Origin: Auanema rhodensis
Lineage: Eukaryota; Animalia; Nematoda
NCBI GenBank assembly: GCA_964057225.1
Contig: OZ059899.1
Location: 9,424,001-9,488,000, forward strand
DNA: 64,000 nt
Reading direction: 5' to 3'
Part shown: piece after piece, positions 23,306 to 37,548 of the stretch
Layout: the number at the start of each line of letters is the position of its first letter
How positions within the stretch are numbered: position 1 is the stretch's first letter
Notes under the pieces: generated by a model
Database searches by the model: none
What the model was told of the DNA's origin: nothing
What the model saw: the letters and a program-made list of their open reading frames with translations, nothing else
Translations under genes and position numbers: made by a program

Positions 23306-24661
23306 TAAATTTTTTTTATTTCACTTGTCATTCATAAAAATCGAATTTATTTTTTTCAATGATTTTTTTTTGCAATGTGTCATAAGAATTTCACAGTTGA
23401 ACAAAACGTTTTTTAAGAAGTTTTTTTGTTGTCAACATATATATTTTGCTGGAATTCAAAAGCATTTGGGATGGAAATTAGAAAGAAAAGAACTAGTTTT
23501 TCCTACTTTAAAACAAACAATAAGAAATAAAATGAAAAAGATTGTTAGATATCCAATTTAAACTTATACATTTACTTCGATAAAGAGCCTATTAGATTGA
23601 AATTTTATGTCTTACAGTTCTCCAACAGAACAGACTGATCCTGATTTCTCTATGATTACATAAAACTCCCGTTTGATATAAAAAAAGGAGAGGAATAACG
23701 TTTCCAGGATGTCAAGGATATCGAATCTAGTGATATTGTAGAGAAATGTAATGTGAGCTCCATAGGTTTTCTCCTAATTTCTCTCATCACAATTGTCTTA
23801 GTTTTTTTTCTCATAAGAGTTTCTGAAATCTTAGGTGAACAAGGCCGTATATAATTTCCTGGAATTCGAAAGCATTTGGGATGGAATTTAGAAAGAAAAG
23901 AACTAGTTTTTCCTACTTTAAAACAAACAATAAGAAATAAAATGAAAAAGATTGTTAGATATCCAATTTAAACTTATACATTTACTTCGATAAAGAGCCT
24001 ATTAGATTGAAATTTTATGTCTTACAGTTCTCCAACAGAACAGACTGATCCTGATTTTTCTACGATTACATAAAACTCTCGTTTGATATAAAAAAAGGAG
24101 AGGAACAAGGTTTCCAGGATGTCAAGGATATCGAATCTAGTGATGTTGTAGAAAAATGTAATGTCAGCTCCATAGGTTTTCTCCTAATTTCTCTCATCAC
24201 AATTGTCTTAGTTTTTTTCTCATAAGAGTTTCTGAAATCTTAGGTGAACAAGGCCGTATAAAATTTCCTGTAATTCGAAAGCATTTGGGATGGAATTTAG
24301 AAAGAAAAGAACTAGTTTTTCCTACTTTAAAACAAACAATAAAAAATAAAATGAAAAAGATTGTTAGATATCCAATTTAAACTTATACATTTACTTCGAT
24401 AAGAAGCCTATTAGTTTGAAATTTTATGTCTTACAGTTCTCCAACAGAACAGACTGATCCTGATTTTTCTACGATTACATAAAACTCTCGTTTGATATAA
24501 AAAAAGGAGAGGAATAACGTTTCCAGGATGTCAAGGATATCGAATCTAGTGATATTGTAGAAAAATGTAATGTCAGCTCCATAGGTTTTCTCCTAATTTC
24601 TCTCATCACAATTGTCTTAGTTTTTTTTCTCATAAGAGTTTCTGAAATCTTAGTTGAACAG

Positions 24662-24734
24662 GGCTGCGTGGCGCAATGGATAACGCGTCTGCCTACGGAG
24701 CAGAAGATTGTAGGTTCGAATCCTGCCGTGGTCG
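24662..24734 (+). tRNA. tRNA-Arg-ACG: tRNA-Arg(ACG), variant C4T
   Basis: As 19370. Confidence 0.9.
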
Positions 24735-25271
24735 TAAATTTTTTTCATTTCACTTGTCATTCATAAAAATCGAATTTATTTTTTTCAATGATTTTTTTTT
24801 GCAATGTGTCATAAGAATTTCACAGTTGAACAAAACGTTTTTTAAGAAGTTTTTTTGTTGTCAACATATATATTTTGCTGGAATTCAAAAGCATTTGGGA
24901 TGGAAATTAGAAAGAAAAGAACTAGTTTTTCCTACTTTTAAACAAACAATAAGAAATAAAATGAAAAAGATTGTTAGATATCCAATTTAAACTTATACAT
25001 TTACTTCGATAAAGAGCCTATTAGTTTGAAATTTTATGTCTTACAGTTCTCCAACAGAACAGACTGATCCTGATTTCTCTATGATTACATAAAACTCTCG
25101 TTTGATATAAAAAAAGGAGAGGAATAACGTTTCCAGGATGTCAAGGATATCGAATCTAGTGATATTGTAGAAAAATGTAATGTCAGCTCCATAGGTTTTC
25201 TCCTAATTTCTCTCATCACAATTGTCTTAGTTTTTTTTCTCATAAGAGTTTCTGAAATCTTAGTTGAACAG

Positions 25272-25344
25272 GGCTGCGTGGCGCAATGGATAACGCGTCT
25301 GCCTACGGAGCAGAAGATTGTAGGTTCGAATCCTGCCGTGGTCG
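25272..25344 (+). tRNA. tRNA-Arg-ACG: tRNA-Arg(ACG), variant C4T
   Basis: As 19370. Confidence 0.9.
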
Positions 25345-25880
25345 TAAATTTTTTTCATTTCACTTGTCATTCATAAAAATCGAATTTATTTTTTTCAATG
25401 ATTTTTTTTTGCAATGTGTCATAAGAATTTCACAGTTGAACAAAACGTTTTTTAAGAAGTTTTTTTGTTGTCAACATATATATTTTGCTGGAATTCAAAA
25501 GCATTTGGGATGGAAATTAGAAAGAAAAGAACTAGTTTTTCCTACTTTTAAACAAACAATAAGAAATAAAATGAAAAAGATTGTTAGATATCCAATTTAA
25601 ACTTATACATTTACTTCGATAAAGAGCCTATTAGTTTGAAATTTTATGTCTTACAGTTCTCCAACAGAACAGACTGATCCTGATTTCTCTATGATTACAT
25701 AAAACTCTCGTTTGATATAAAAAAAGGAGAGGAATAACGTTTCCAGGATGTCAAGGATATCGAATCTAGTGATATTGTAGAGAAATGTAATGTCAGCTTC
25801 ATAGCTTTTCTCTTGATTTCTCTCATCACAATTGTCTTAGTTTTTTTCTCATAAGAGTTTCTGAAATCTCAGTTAAACAA

Positions 25881-25953
25881 GGCCGCGTGGCGCAATGGAT
25901 AACGCGTCTGCCTACGGAGCAGAAGATTGTAGGTTCGAATCCTGCCGTGGTCG
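25881..25953 (+). tRNA. tRNA-Arg-ACG: tRNA-Arg(ACG)
   Basis: Consensus copy. Confidence 0.96.
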
Positions 25954-26488
25954 TAAATTTTTTTTATTTCACTTGTCATTCATAAAAATCGAATTTATTT
26001 TTTTCAACGACTATTTTTGCAATGTGTAATAAAAATTTCACAGTTTAACAAAACGTTTTTTAAGAAGTTTTTTTGTTGTCAACATATATATTTTGCTGGA
26101 ATTCGAAAGCATTTGGGATGGAAATTAGAAAGAAAAGAACTAGTTTTTCCTACTTTAAAACAAACAATAAGAAATAAAATGAAAAAGATTGTTAGATATC
26201 CAATTTAAACTTATACATTTACTTCGATAAAGAGCCTATTAGTTTGAAATTTTATGTCTTACAGTTCTCCAACAGAACAGACTGATCCTGATTTCTCTAT
26301 GATTACATAAAACTCTCGTTTGATATAAAAAAAGGAGAGGAATAACGTTTCCAGGATGTCAAGGATATCGAATCTAGTGATATTGTAGAGAAATGTAATG
26401 TCAGCTTCATAGCTTTTCTCTTGATTTCTCTCATCACAATTGTCTTAGTTTTTTTCTCATAAGAGTTTCTGAAATCTCAGTTAAACAA

Positions 26489-26561
26489 GGCCGCGTGGCG
26501 CAATGGATAACGCGTCTGCCTACGGAGCAGAAGATTGTAGGTTCGAATCCTGCCGTGGTCG
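26489..26561 (+). tRNA. tRNA-Arg-ACG: tRNA-Arg(ACG)
   Basis: Consensus copy. Confidence 0.96.
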
Positions 26562-27507
26562 TAAATTTTTTTTATTTCACTTGTCATTCATAAAAATCGA
26601 ATTTATTTTTTTCAACGACTATTTTTGCAATGTGTAATAAAAATTTCACAGTTTAACAAAACGTTTTTTAAGAAGTTTTTTTGTTGTCAACATATATATT
26701 TTGCTGGAATTCGAAAGCATTTGGGATGGAAATTAGAAAGAAAAGAACTAGTTTTTCCTACTTTAAAACAAACAATAAGAAATAAAATGAAAAAGATTGT
26801 TAGATATCCAATTTAAACTTATACATTTACTTCGATAAAGAGCCTATTAGATTGAAATTTTATGTCCTACAGTTCTCCAACAGAACAGACTGATCCTGAT
26901 TTCTCTATGATTACATAAAACTCCCGTTTGATATAAAAAAAGGAGAGGAATAACGTTTCCAGGATGTCAAGGATATCGAATCTAGTGATATTGTAGAGAA
27001 ATGTAATGTGAGCTCCATAGGTTTTCTCCTAATTTCTCTCATCACAATTGTCTTAGTTTTTTTTCTCATAAGAGTTTCTGAAATCTTAGGTGAACAAGGC
27101 CGTATATAATTTCCTGGAATTCGAAAGCATTTGGGATGGAATTTAGAAAGAAAAGAACTAGTTTTTCCTACTTTAAAACAAACAATAAGAAATAAAATGA
27201 AAAAGATTGTTAGATATCCAATTTAAACTTATACATTTACTTCAATAAAGAGCCTATTAGTTTGAAATTTTATGTCTTACAGTTCTCCAACAGAACAGAC
27301 TGATCCTGATTTCTCTATGATTACATAAAACTCCCGTTTGATATGAAAAAAGAAGAGAAATAACGCTTCTAGGATATCAATGATATTGAATCTAGTGATA
27401 TTGTAGAAAAATGTAATGTCAGCTCCATAGGTTTTCTCTTAATTTCTCTCATCACAATTGTCTTAGTTTTTTTTCTCATAAGAGTTTCTGAAATCTTTGT
27501 TGAACAA

Positions 27508-27580
27508 GGTCGCGTGGCGCAATGGATAACACGTCTGCCTACGGAGCAGAAGATTATAGGTTCGAATCCTGCCGTGGTCG
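27508..27580 (+). tRNA. tRNA-Arg-ACG: tRNA-Arg(ACG), variant C3T+G24A+G49A (likely pseudogene)
   Basis: Additional D-stem break (ATAACACG). Confidence 0.7.
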
Positions 27581-28525
27581 TAAATTTTTTTCATTTCACT
27601 TGTCATTTACAAAAATCGAATTTATCTTCTTCAACGATTATTTTTGCAATGTGTCATAAGAATTTCACAGTTGAACAAAACGTTTTTTAAGAAGTTTTTT
27701 TGTTGTCAACATATATATTTTGCTGGAATTCAAAAGCATTTGGGATGGAAGTTAGAAAGAAAAGAACTAGTTTTTCCTACTTTAAAACAAACAATAAGAA
27801 ATAAAATGAAAAAGATTGTTAGATATCCAATTTAAACTTATACATTTACTTCGATAAAGAGCCTATTAGATTGAAATTTTATGTCTTACAGTTCTCCAAC
27901 AGAACAGACTGATCCTGATTTTTCTACGATTACATAAAACTCTCGTTTGATATAAAAAAAGGAGAGGAACAAGGTTTCCAGGATGTCAAGGATATCGAAT
28001 CTAGTGATGTTGTAGAAAAATGTAATGTCAGCTCCATAGGTTTTCTCCTAATTTCTCTCATCACAATTGTCTTAGTTTTTTTCTCATAAGAGTTTCTGAA
28101 ATCTTAGGTGAACAAGGCCGTATAAAATTTCCTGTAATTCGAAAGCATTTGGGATGGAATTTAGAAAGAAAAGAACTAGTTTTTCCTACTTTAAAACAAA
28201 CAATAAAAAATAAAATGAAAAAGATTGTTAGATATCCAATTTAAACTTATACATTTACTTCGATAAGAAGCCTATTAGTTTGAAAATTTATGTCTTACAG
28301 TTCTCCAACAGAACAGACTGATCCTGATTTTTCTACGATTACATAAAACTCTCGTTTGATATAAAAAAAGGAGAGGAATAACGTTTCCAGGATGTCAAGG
28401 ATATCGAATCTAGTGATATTGTAGAAAAATGTAATGTCAGCTCCATAGGTTTTCTCCTAATTTCTCTCATCACAATTGTCTTAGTTTTTTTTCTCATAAG
28501 AGTTTCTGAAATCTTAGTTGAACAG

Positions 28526-28598
28526 GGCTGCGTGGCGCAATGGATAACGCGTCTGCCTACGGAGCAGAAGATTGTAGGTTCGAATCCTGCCGTGGTCG
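28526..28598 (+). tRNA. tRNA-Arg-ACG: tRNA-Arg(ACG), variant C4T
   Basis: As 19370. Confidence 0.9.
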
Positions 28599-29134
28599 TA
28601 AATTTTTTTCATTTCACTTGTCATTCATAAAAATCGAATTTATTTTTTTCAATGATTTTTTTTTGCAATGTGTCATAAGAATTTCACAGTTGAACAAAAC
28701 GTTTTTTAAGAAGTTTTTTTGTTGTCAACATATATATTTTGCTGGAATTCAAAAGCATTTGGGATGGAAATTAGAAAGAAAAGAACTAGTTTTTCCTACT
28801 TTAAAACAAACAATAAGAAATAAAATGAAAAAGATTGTTAGATATCCAATTTAAACTTATACATTTACTTCGATAAAGAGCCTATTAGTTTGAAATTTTA
28901 TGTCTTACAGTTCTCCAACAGAACAGACTGATCCTGATTTCTCTATGATTACATAAAACTCTCGTTTGATATAAAAAAAGGAGAGGAATAACGTTTCCAG
29001 GATGTCAAGGATATCGAATCTAGTGATATTGTAGAGAAATGTAATGTCAGCTTCATAGCTTTTCTCTTGATTTCTCTCATCACAATTGTCTTAGTTTTTT
29101 TCTCATAAGAGTTTCTGAAATCTCAGTTAAACAA

Positions 29135-29207
29135 GGCCGCGTGGCGCAATGGATAACGCGTCTGCCTACGGAGCAGAAGATTGTAGGTTCGAATCCTGCC
29201 GTGGTCG
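29135..29207 (+). tRNA. tRNA-Arg-ACG: tRNA-Arg(ACG)
   Basis: Consensus copy. Confidence 0.96.
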
Positions 29208-30154
29208 TAAATTTTTTTTATTTCACTTGTCATTCATAAAAATCGAATTTATTTTTTTCAATGATTTTTTTTTGCAATGTGTCATAAGAATTTCACAGTT
29301 GAACAAAACGTTTTTTAAGAAGTTTTTTTGTTGTCAACATATATATTTTGCTGGAATTCAAAAGCATTTGGGATGGAAATTAGAAAGAAAAGAACTAGTT
29401 TTTCCTACTTTAAAACAAACAATAAGAAATAAAATGAAAAAGATTGTTAGATATCCAATTTAAACTTATACATTTACTTCGATAAAGAGCCTATTAGATT
29501 GAAATTTTATGTCTTACAGTTCTCCAACAGAACAGACTGATCCTGATTTCTCTATGATTACATAAAACTCCCGTTTGATATAAAAAAAGGAGAGGAATAA
29601 CGTTTCCAGGATGTCAAGGATATCGAATCTAGTGATATTGTAGAGAAATGTAATGTGAGCTCCATAGGTTTTCTCCTAATTTCTCTCATCACAATTGTCT
29701 TAGTTTTTTTTCTCATAAGAGTTTCTGAAATCTTAGGTGAACAAGGCCGTATATAATTTCCTGGAATTCGAAAGCATTTGGGATGGAATTTAGAAAGAAA
29801 AGAACTAGTTTTTCCTACTTTAAAACAAACAATAAGAAATAAAATGAAAAAGATTGTTAGATATCCAATTTAAACTTATACATTTACTTCAATAAAGAGC
29901 CTATTAGTTTGAAATTTTATGTCTTACAGTTCTCCAACAGAACAGACTGATCCTGATTTCTCCATGATTACATAAAACTCCCGTTTGATATGAAAAAAGA
30001 AGAGAAATAACGCTTCTAGGATATCAATGATATTGAATCTAGTGATATTGTAGAGAAATGTAATGTCAGCTCCATAGGTTTTCTCTTAATTTCTCTCATC
30101 ACAATTCTCTTAGTTTTTTTTCTCATAAGAGTTTCTGAAATCTTTGTTGAACAA

Positions 30155-30227
30155 GGTCGCGTGGCGCAATGGATAACGCGTCTGCCTACGGAGCAGAAGA
30201 TTATAGGTTCGAATCCTGCCGTGGTCG
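30155..30227 (+). tRNA. tRNA-Arg-ACG: tRNA-Arg(ACG), variant C3T+G49A
   Basis: As 3874. Confidence 0.85.
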
Positions 30228-31172
30228 TAAATTTTTTTCATTTCACTTGTCATTTACAAAAATCGAATTTATCTTCTTCAACGATTATTTTTGCAATGTG
30301 TCATAAGAATTTCACAGTTGAACAAAACGTTTTTTAAGAAGTTTTTTTGTTGTCAACATATATATTTTGCTGGAATTCAAAAGCATTTGGGATGGAAATT
30401 AGAAAGAAAAGAACTAGTTTTTCCTACTTTAAAACAAACAATAAGAAATAAAATGAAAAAGATTGTTAGATATCCAATTTAAACTTATACATTTACTTCG
30501 ATAAAGAGCCTATTAGATTGAAATTTTATGTCTTACAGTTCTCCAACAGAACAGACTGATCCTGATTTTTCTACGATTACATAAAACTCTCGTTTGATAT
30601 AAAAAAAGGAGAGGAACAACGTTTCCAGGATGTCAAGGATATCGAATCTAGTGATATTGTAGAAAAATGTAATGTCAGCTCCATAGGTTTTCTCCTAATT
30701 TCTCTCATCACAATTGTCTTAGTTTTTTTCTCATAAGAGTTTCTGAAATCTTAGGTGAACAAGGCCGTATAAAATTTCCTGTAATTCGAAAGCATTTGGG
30801 ATGGAATTTAGAAAGAAAAGAACTAGTTTTTCCTACTTTAAAACAAACAATAAAAAATAAAATGAAAAAGATTGTTAGATATCCAATTTAAACTTATACA
30901 TTTACTTCGATAAGAAGCCTATTAGTTTGAAATTTTATGTCTTACAGTTCTCCAACAGAACAGACTGATCCTGATTTTTCTACGATTACATAAAACTCTC
31001 GTTTGATATAAAAAAAGGAGAGGAATAACGTTTCCAGGATGTCAAGGATATCGAATCTAGTGATATTGTAGAAAAATGTAATGTCAGCTCCATAGGTTTT
31101 CTCCTAATTTCTCTCATCACAATTGTCTTAGTTTTTTTTCTCATAAGAGTTTCTGAAATCTTAGTTGAACAA

Positions 31173-31245
31173 GGCCGCGTGGCGCAATGGATAACGCGTC
31201 TGCCTACGGAGCAGAAGATTGTAGGTTCGAATCCTGCCGTGGTCG
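31173..31245 (+). tRNA. tRNA-Arg-ACG: tRNA-Arg(ACG)
   Basis: Consensus copy. Confidence 0.96.
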
Positions 31246-31783
31246 TAAATTTTTTTCATTTCACTTGTCATTCATAAAAATCGAATTTATTTTTTTCAAT
31301 GATTTTTTTTTGCAATGTGTCATAAGAATTACACAGTTGAACAAAACGTTTTTTAAGAATTTTCTTTGTTGTCAACATATATATTTTCCTGGAATTCGAA
31401 AGCATTTGGGATGGAAATTAGAAAGAAAAGAACTAGTTTTTCCTACTTTAAAACAAACAATAAGAAATAAAATGAAAAAGATTGTTAGATATCCAATTTA
31501 AACTTATACATTTACTTCGATAAAGAGCCTATTAGTTTGAAATTTTATGTCTTACAGTTCTCCAACAGAACAGACTGATCCTGATTTTTCTACGATTACA
31601 TAAAACTCTCGTTTGATATAAAAAAAGGAGAGGAATAACGTTTCCAGGATGTCAAGGATATCGAATCTAGTGATATTGTAGAAAAATGTAATGTCAGCTC
31701 CACAGGTTTTCTCCTAATTTCTCTCATCACAATTGTCTTAGTTTTTTTTTCTCATAAGAGTTTCTGAAATCTTAGTTGAACAA

Positions 31784-31856
31784 GGCCGCGTGGCGCAATG
31801 GATAACGCGTCTGCCTACGGAGCAGAAGATTGTAGGTTCGAATCCTGCCGTGGTCG
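31784..31856 (+). tRNA. tRNA-Arg-ACG: tRNA-Arg(ACG)
   Basis: Consensus copy. Confidence 0.96.
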
Positions 31857-32392
31857 TAAATTTTTTTCATTTCACTTGTCATTCATAAAAATCGAATTTA
31901 TTTTTTTCAATGATTTTTTTTTGCAATGTGTCATAAGAATTTCACAGTTGAACAAAACGTTTTTTAAGAAGTTTTTTTGTTGTCAACATATATATTTTGC
32001 TGGAATTCAAAAGCATTTGGGATGGAAATTAGAAAGAAAAGAACTAGTTTTTCCTACTTTAAAACAAACAATAAGAAATAAAATGAAAAAGATTGTTAGA
32101 TATCCAATTTAAACTTATACATTTACTTCGATAAAGAGCCTATTAGTTTGAAATTTTATGTCTTACAGTTCTCCAACAGAACAGACTGATCCTGATTTCT
32201 CTATGATTACATAAAACTCTCGTTTGATATAAAAAAAGGAGAGGAATAACGTTTCCAGGATGTCAAGGATATCGAATCTAGTGATATTGTAGAGAAATGT
32301 AATGTCAGCTTCATAGCTTTTCTCTTGATTTCTCTCATCACAATTGTCTTAGTTTTTTTCTCATAAGAGTTTCTGAAATCTCAGTTAAACAA

Positions 32393-32465
32393 GGCCGCGT
32401 GGCGCAATGGATAACGCGTCTGCCTACGGAGCAGAAGATTGTAGGTTCGAATCCTGCCGTGGTCG
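32393..32465 (+). tRNA. tRNA-Arg-ACG: tRNA-Arg(ACG)
   Basis: Consensus copy. Confidence 0.96.
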
Positions 32466-33001
32466 TAAATTTTTTTTATTTCACTTGTCATTCATAAAAA
32501 TCGAATTTATTTTTTTCAACGACTATTTTTGCAATGTGTAATAAAAATTTCACAGTTTAACAAAACGTTTTTTAAGAAGTTTTTTTGTTGTCAACATATA
32601 TATTTTGCTGGAATTCGAAAGCATTTGGGATGGAAATTAGAAAGAAAAGAACTAGTTTTTCTTACTTTAAAACAAACAATAAGAAATAAAATGAAAAAGA
32701 TTGTTAGATATCCAATTTAAACTTATACATTTACTTCGATAAAGAGCCTATTAGATTGAAATTTTATGTCCTACAGTTCTCCAACAGAACAGACTGATCC
32801 TGATTTCTCTATGATTACATAAAACTCCCGTTTGATATAAAAAAAGGAGAGGAATAACGTTTCCAGGATGTCAAGGATATCGAATCTAGTGATATTGTAG
32901 AGAAATGTAATGTCAGCTCCATAGGTTTTCTCTTAATTTCTCTCATCACAATTGTCTTAGTTTTTTTTCTCATAAGAGTTTCTGAAATCTTTGTTGAACA
33001 A

Positions 33002-33074
33002 GGTCGCGTGGCGCAATGGATAACGCGTCTGCCTACGGAGCAGAAGATTATAGGTTCGAATCCTGCCGTGGTCG
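33002..33074 (+). tRNA. tRNA-Arg-ACG: tRNA-Arg(ACG), variant C3T+G49A
   Basis: As 3874. Confidence 0.85.
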
Positions 33075-34019
33075 TAAATTTTTTTCATTTCACTTGTCAT
33101 TTACAAAAATCGAATTTATCTTCTTCAACGATTATTTTTGCAATGTGTCATAAGAATTTCACAGTTGAACAAAACGTTTTTTAAGAAGTTTTTTTGTTGT
33201 CAACATATATATTTTGCTGGAATTCAAAAGCATTTGGGATGGAAATTAGAAAGAAAAGAACTAGTTTTTCCTACTTTAAAACAAACAATAAGAAATAAAA
33301 TGAAAAAGATTGTTAGATATCCAATTTAAACTTATACATTTACTTCGATAAAGAGCCTATTAGATTGAAATTTTATGTCTTACAGTTCTCCAACAGAACA
33401 GACTGATCCTGATTTTTCTACGATTACATAAAACTCTCGTTTGATATAAAAAAAGGAGAGGAACAACGTTTCCAGGATGTCAAGGATATCGAATCTAGTG
33501 ATATTGTAGAAAAATGTAATGTCAGCTCCATAGGTTTTCTCCTAATTTCTCTCATCACAATTGTCTTAGTTTTTTTCTCATAAGAGTTTCTGAAATCTTA
33601 GGTGAACAAGGCCGTATAAAATTTCCTGTAATTCGAAAGCATTTGGGATGGAATTTAGAAAGAAAAGAACTAGTTTTTCCTACTTTAAAACAAACAATAA
33701 AAAATAAAATGAAAAAGATTGTTAGATATCCAATTTAAACTTATACATTTACTTCGATAAGAAGCCTATTAGTTTGAAATTTTATGTCTTACAGTTCTCC
33801 AACAGAACAGACTGATCCTGATTTTTCTACGATTACATAAAACTCTCGTTTGATATAAAAAAAGGAGAGGAATAACGTTTCCAGGATGTCAAGGATATCG
33901 AATCTAGTGATATTGTAGAAAAATGTAATGTCAGCTCCATAGGTTTTCTCCTAATTTCTCTCATCACAATTGTCTTAGTTTTTTTTCTCATAAGAGTTTC
34001 TGAAATCTTAGTTGAACAA

Positions 34020-34092
34020 GGCCGCGTGGCGCAATGGATAACGCGTCTGCCTACGGAGCAGAAGATTGTAGGTTCGAATCCTGCCGTGGTCG
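34020..34092 (+). tRNA. tRNA-Arg-ACG: tRNA-Arg(ACG)
   Basis: Consensus copy. Confidence 0.96.
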
Positions 34093-34630
34093 TAAATTTT
34101 TTTCATTTCACTTGTCATTCATAAAAATCGAATTTATTTTTTTCAATGATTTTTTTTTGCAATGTGTCATAAGAATTACACAGTTGAACAAAACGTTTTT
34201 TAAGAATTTTCTTTGTTGTCAACATATATATTTTCCTGGAATTCGAAAGCATTTGGGATGGAAATTAGAAAGAAAAGAACTAGTTTTTCCTACTTTAAAA
34301 CAAACAATAAGAAATAAAATGAAAAAGATTGTTAGATATCCAATTTAAACTTATACATTTACTTCGATAAAGAGCCTATTAGTTTGAAATTTTATGTCTT
34401 ACAGTTCTCCAACAGAACAGACTGATCCTGATTTTTCTACGATTACATAAAACTCTCGTTTGATATAAAAAAAGGAGAGGAATAACGTTTCCAGGATGTC
34501 AAGGATATCGAATCTAGTGATATTGTAGAAAAATGTAATGTCAGCTCCACAGGTTTTCTCCTAATTTCTCTCATCACAATTGTCTTAGTTTTTTTTTCTC
34601 ATAAGAGTTTCTGAAATCTTAGTTGAACAA

Positions 34631-34703
34631 GGCCGCGTGGCGCAATGGATAACGCGTCTGCCTACGGAGCAGAAGATTGTAGGTTCGAATCCTGCCGTGG
34701 TCG
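34631..34703 (+). tRNA. tRNA-Arg-ACG: tRNA-Arg(ACG)
   Basis: Consensus copy. Confidence 0.96.
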
Positions 34704-35239
34704 TAAATTTTTTTCATTTCACTTGTCATTCATAAAAATCGAATTTATTTTTTTCAATGATTTTTTTTTGCAATGTGTCATAAGAATTTCACAGTTGAAC
34801 AAAACGTTTTTTAAGAAGTTTTTTTGTTGTCAACATATATATTTTGCTGGAATTCAAAAGCATTTGGGATGGAAATTAGAAAGAAAAGAACTAGTTTTTC
34901 CTACTTTAAAACAAACAATAAGAAATAAAATGAAAAAGATTGTTAGATATCCAATTTAAACTTATACATTTACTTCGATAAAGAGCCTATTAGTTTGAAA
35001 TTTTATGTCTTACAGTTCTCCAACAGAACAGACTGATCCTGATTTCTCTATGATTACATAAAACTCTCGTTTGATATAAAAAAAGGAGAGGAATAACGTT
35101 TCCAGGATGTCAAGGATATCGAATCTAGTGATATTGTAGAGAAATGTAATGTCAGCTTCATAGCTTTTCTCTTGATTTCTCTCATCACAATTGTCTTAGT
35201 TTTTTTCTCATAAGAGTTTCTGAAATCTCAGTTAAACAA

Positions 35240-35312
35240 GGCCGCGTGGCGCAATGGATAACGCGTCTGCCTACGGAGCAGAAGATTGTAGGTTCGAATC
35301 CTGCCGTGGTCG
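35240..35312 (+). tRNA. tRNA-Arg-ACG: tRNA-Arg(ACG)
   Basis: Consensus copy. Confidence 0.96.
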
Positions 35313-35848
35313 TAAATTTTTTTTATTTCACTTGTCATTCATAAAAATCGAATTTATTTTTTTCAACGACTATTTTTGCAATGTGTAATAAAAATTTCAC
35401 AGTTTAACAAAACGTTTTTTAAGAAGTTTTTTTGTTGTCAACATATATATTTTGCTGGAATTCGAAAGCATTTGGGATGGAAATTAGAAAGAAAAGAACT
35501 AGTTTTTCCTACTTTAAAACAAACAATAAGAAATAAAATGAAAAAGATTGTTAGATATCCAATTTAAACTTATACATTTACTTCGATAAAGAGCCTATTA
35601 GATTGAAATTTTATGTCCTACAGTTCTCCAACAGAACAGACTGATCCTGATTTCTCTATGATTACATAAAACTCCCGTTTGATATAAAAAAAGGAGAGGA
35701 ATAACGTTTCCAGGATGTCAAGGATATCGAATCTAGTGATATTGTAGAGAAATGTAATGTCAGCTCCATAGGTTTTCTCTTAATTTCTCTCATCACAATT
35801 GTCTTAGTTTTTTTTCTCATAAGAGTTTCTGAAATCTTTGTTGAACAA

Positions 35849-35921
35849 GGTCGCGTGGCGCAATGGATAACGCGTCTGCCTACGGAGCAGAAGATTATAG
35901 GTTCGAATCCTGCCGTGGTCG
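35849..35921 (+). tRNA. tRNA-Arg-ACG: tRNA-Arg(ACG), variant C3T+G49A
   Basis: As 3874. Confidence 0.85.
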
Positions 35922-36866
35922 TAAATTTTTTTCATTTCACTTGTCATTTACAAAAATCGAATTTATCTTCTTCAACGATTATTTTTGCAATGTGTCATAA
36001 GAATTTCACAGTTGAACAAAACGTTTTTTAAGAAGTTTTTTTGTTGTCAACATATATATTTTGCTGGAATTCAAAAGCATTTGGGATGGAAATTAGAAAG
36101 AAAAGAACTAGTTTTTCCTACTTTAAAACAAACAATAAGAAATAAAATGAAAAAGATTGTTAGATATCCAATTTAAACTTATACATTTACTTCGATAAAG
36201 AGCCTATTAGATTGAAATTTTATGTCTTACAGTTCTCCAACAGAACAGACTGATCCTGATTTTTCTACGATTACATAAAACTCTCGTTTGATATAAAAAA
36301 AGGAGAGGAACAAGGTTTCCAGGATGTCAAGGATATCGAATCTAGTGATGTTGTAGAAAAATGTAATGTCAGCTCCATAGGTTTTCTCCTAATTTCTCTC
36401 ATCACAATTGTCTTAGTTTTTTTCTCATAAGAGTTTCTGAAATCTTAGGTGAACAAGGCCGTATAAAATTTCCTGTAATTCGAAAGCATTTGGGATGGAA
36501 TTTAGAAAGAAAAGAACTAGTTTTTCCTACTTTAAAACAAACAATAAAAAATAAAATGAAAAAGATTGTTAGATATCCAATTTAAACTTATACATTTACT
36601 TCGATAAGAAGCCTATTAGTTTGAAATTTTATGTCTTACAGTTCTCCAACAGAACAGACTGATCCTGATTTTTCTACGATTACATAAAACTCTCGTTTGA
36701 TATAAAAAAAGGAGAGGAATAACGTTTCCAGGATGTCAAGGATATCGAATCTAGTGATATTGTAGAAAAATGTAATGTCAGCTCCATAGGTTTTCTCCTA
36801 ATTTCTCTCATCACAATTGTCTTAGTTTTTTTTCTCATAAGAGTTTCTGAAATCTTAGTTGAACAG

Positions 36867-36939
36867 GGCTGCGTGGCGCAATGGATAACGCGTCTGCCTA
36901 CGGAGCAGAAGATTGTAGGTTCGAATCCTGCCGTGGTCG
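36867..36939 (+). tRNA. tRNA-Arg-ACG: tRNA-Arg(ACG), variant C4T
   Basis: As 19370. Confidence 0.9.
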
Positions 36940-37475
36940 TAAATTTTTTTCATTTCACTTGTCATTCATAAAAATCGAATTTATTTTTTTCAATGATTTT
37001 TTTTTGCAATGTGTCATAAGAATTTCACAGTTGAACAAAACGTTTTTTAAGAAGTTTTTTTGTTGTCAACATATATATTTTGCTGGAATTCAAAAGCATT
37101 TGGGATGGAAATTAGAAAGAAAAGAACTAGTTTTTCCTACTTTAAAACAAACAATAAGAAATAAAATGAAAAAGATTGTTAGATATCCAATTTAAACTTA
37201 TACATTTACTTCGATAAAGAGCCTATTAGTTTGAAATTTTATGTCTTACAGTTCTCCAACAGAACAGACTGATCCTGATTTCTCTATGATTACATAAAAC
37301 TCTCGTTTGATATAAAAAAAGGAGAGGAATAACGTTTCCAGGATGTCAAGGATATCGAATCTAGTGATATTGTAGAGAAATGTAATGTCAGCTTCATAGC
37401 TTTTCTCTTGATTTCTCTCATCACAATTGTCTTAGTTTTTTTCTCATAAGAGTTTCTGAAATCTCAGTTAAACAA

Positions 37476-37548
37476 GGCCGCGTGGCGCAATGGATAACGC
37501 GTCTGCCTACGGAGCAGAAGATTGTAGGTTCGAATCCTGCCGTGGTCG
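37476..37548 (+). tRNA. tRNA-Arg-ACG: tRNA-Arg(ACG)
   Basis: Consensus copy. Confidence 0.96.
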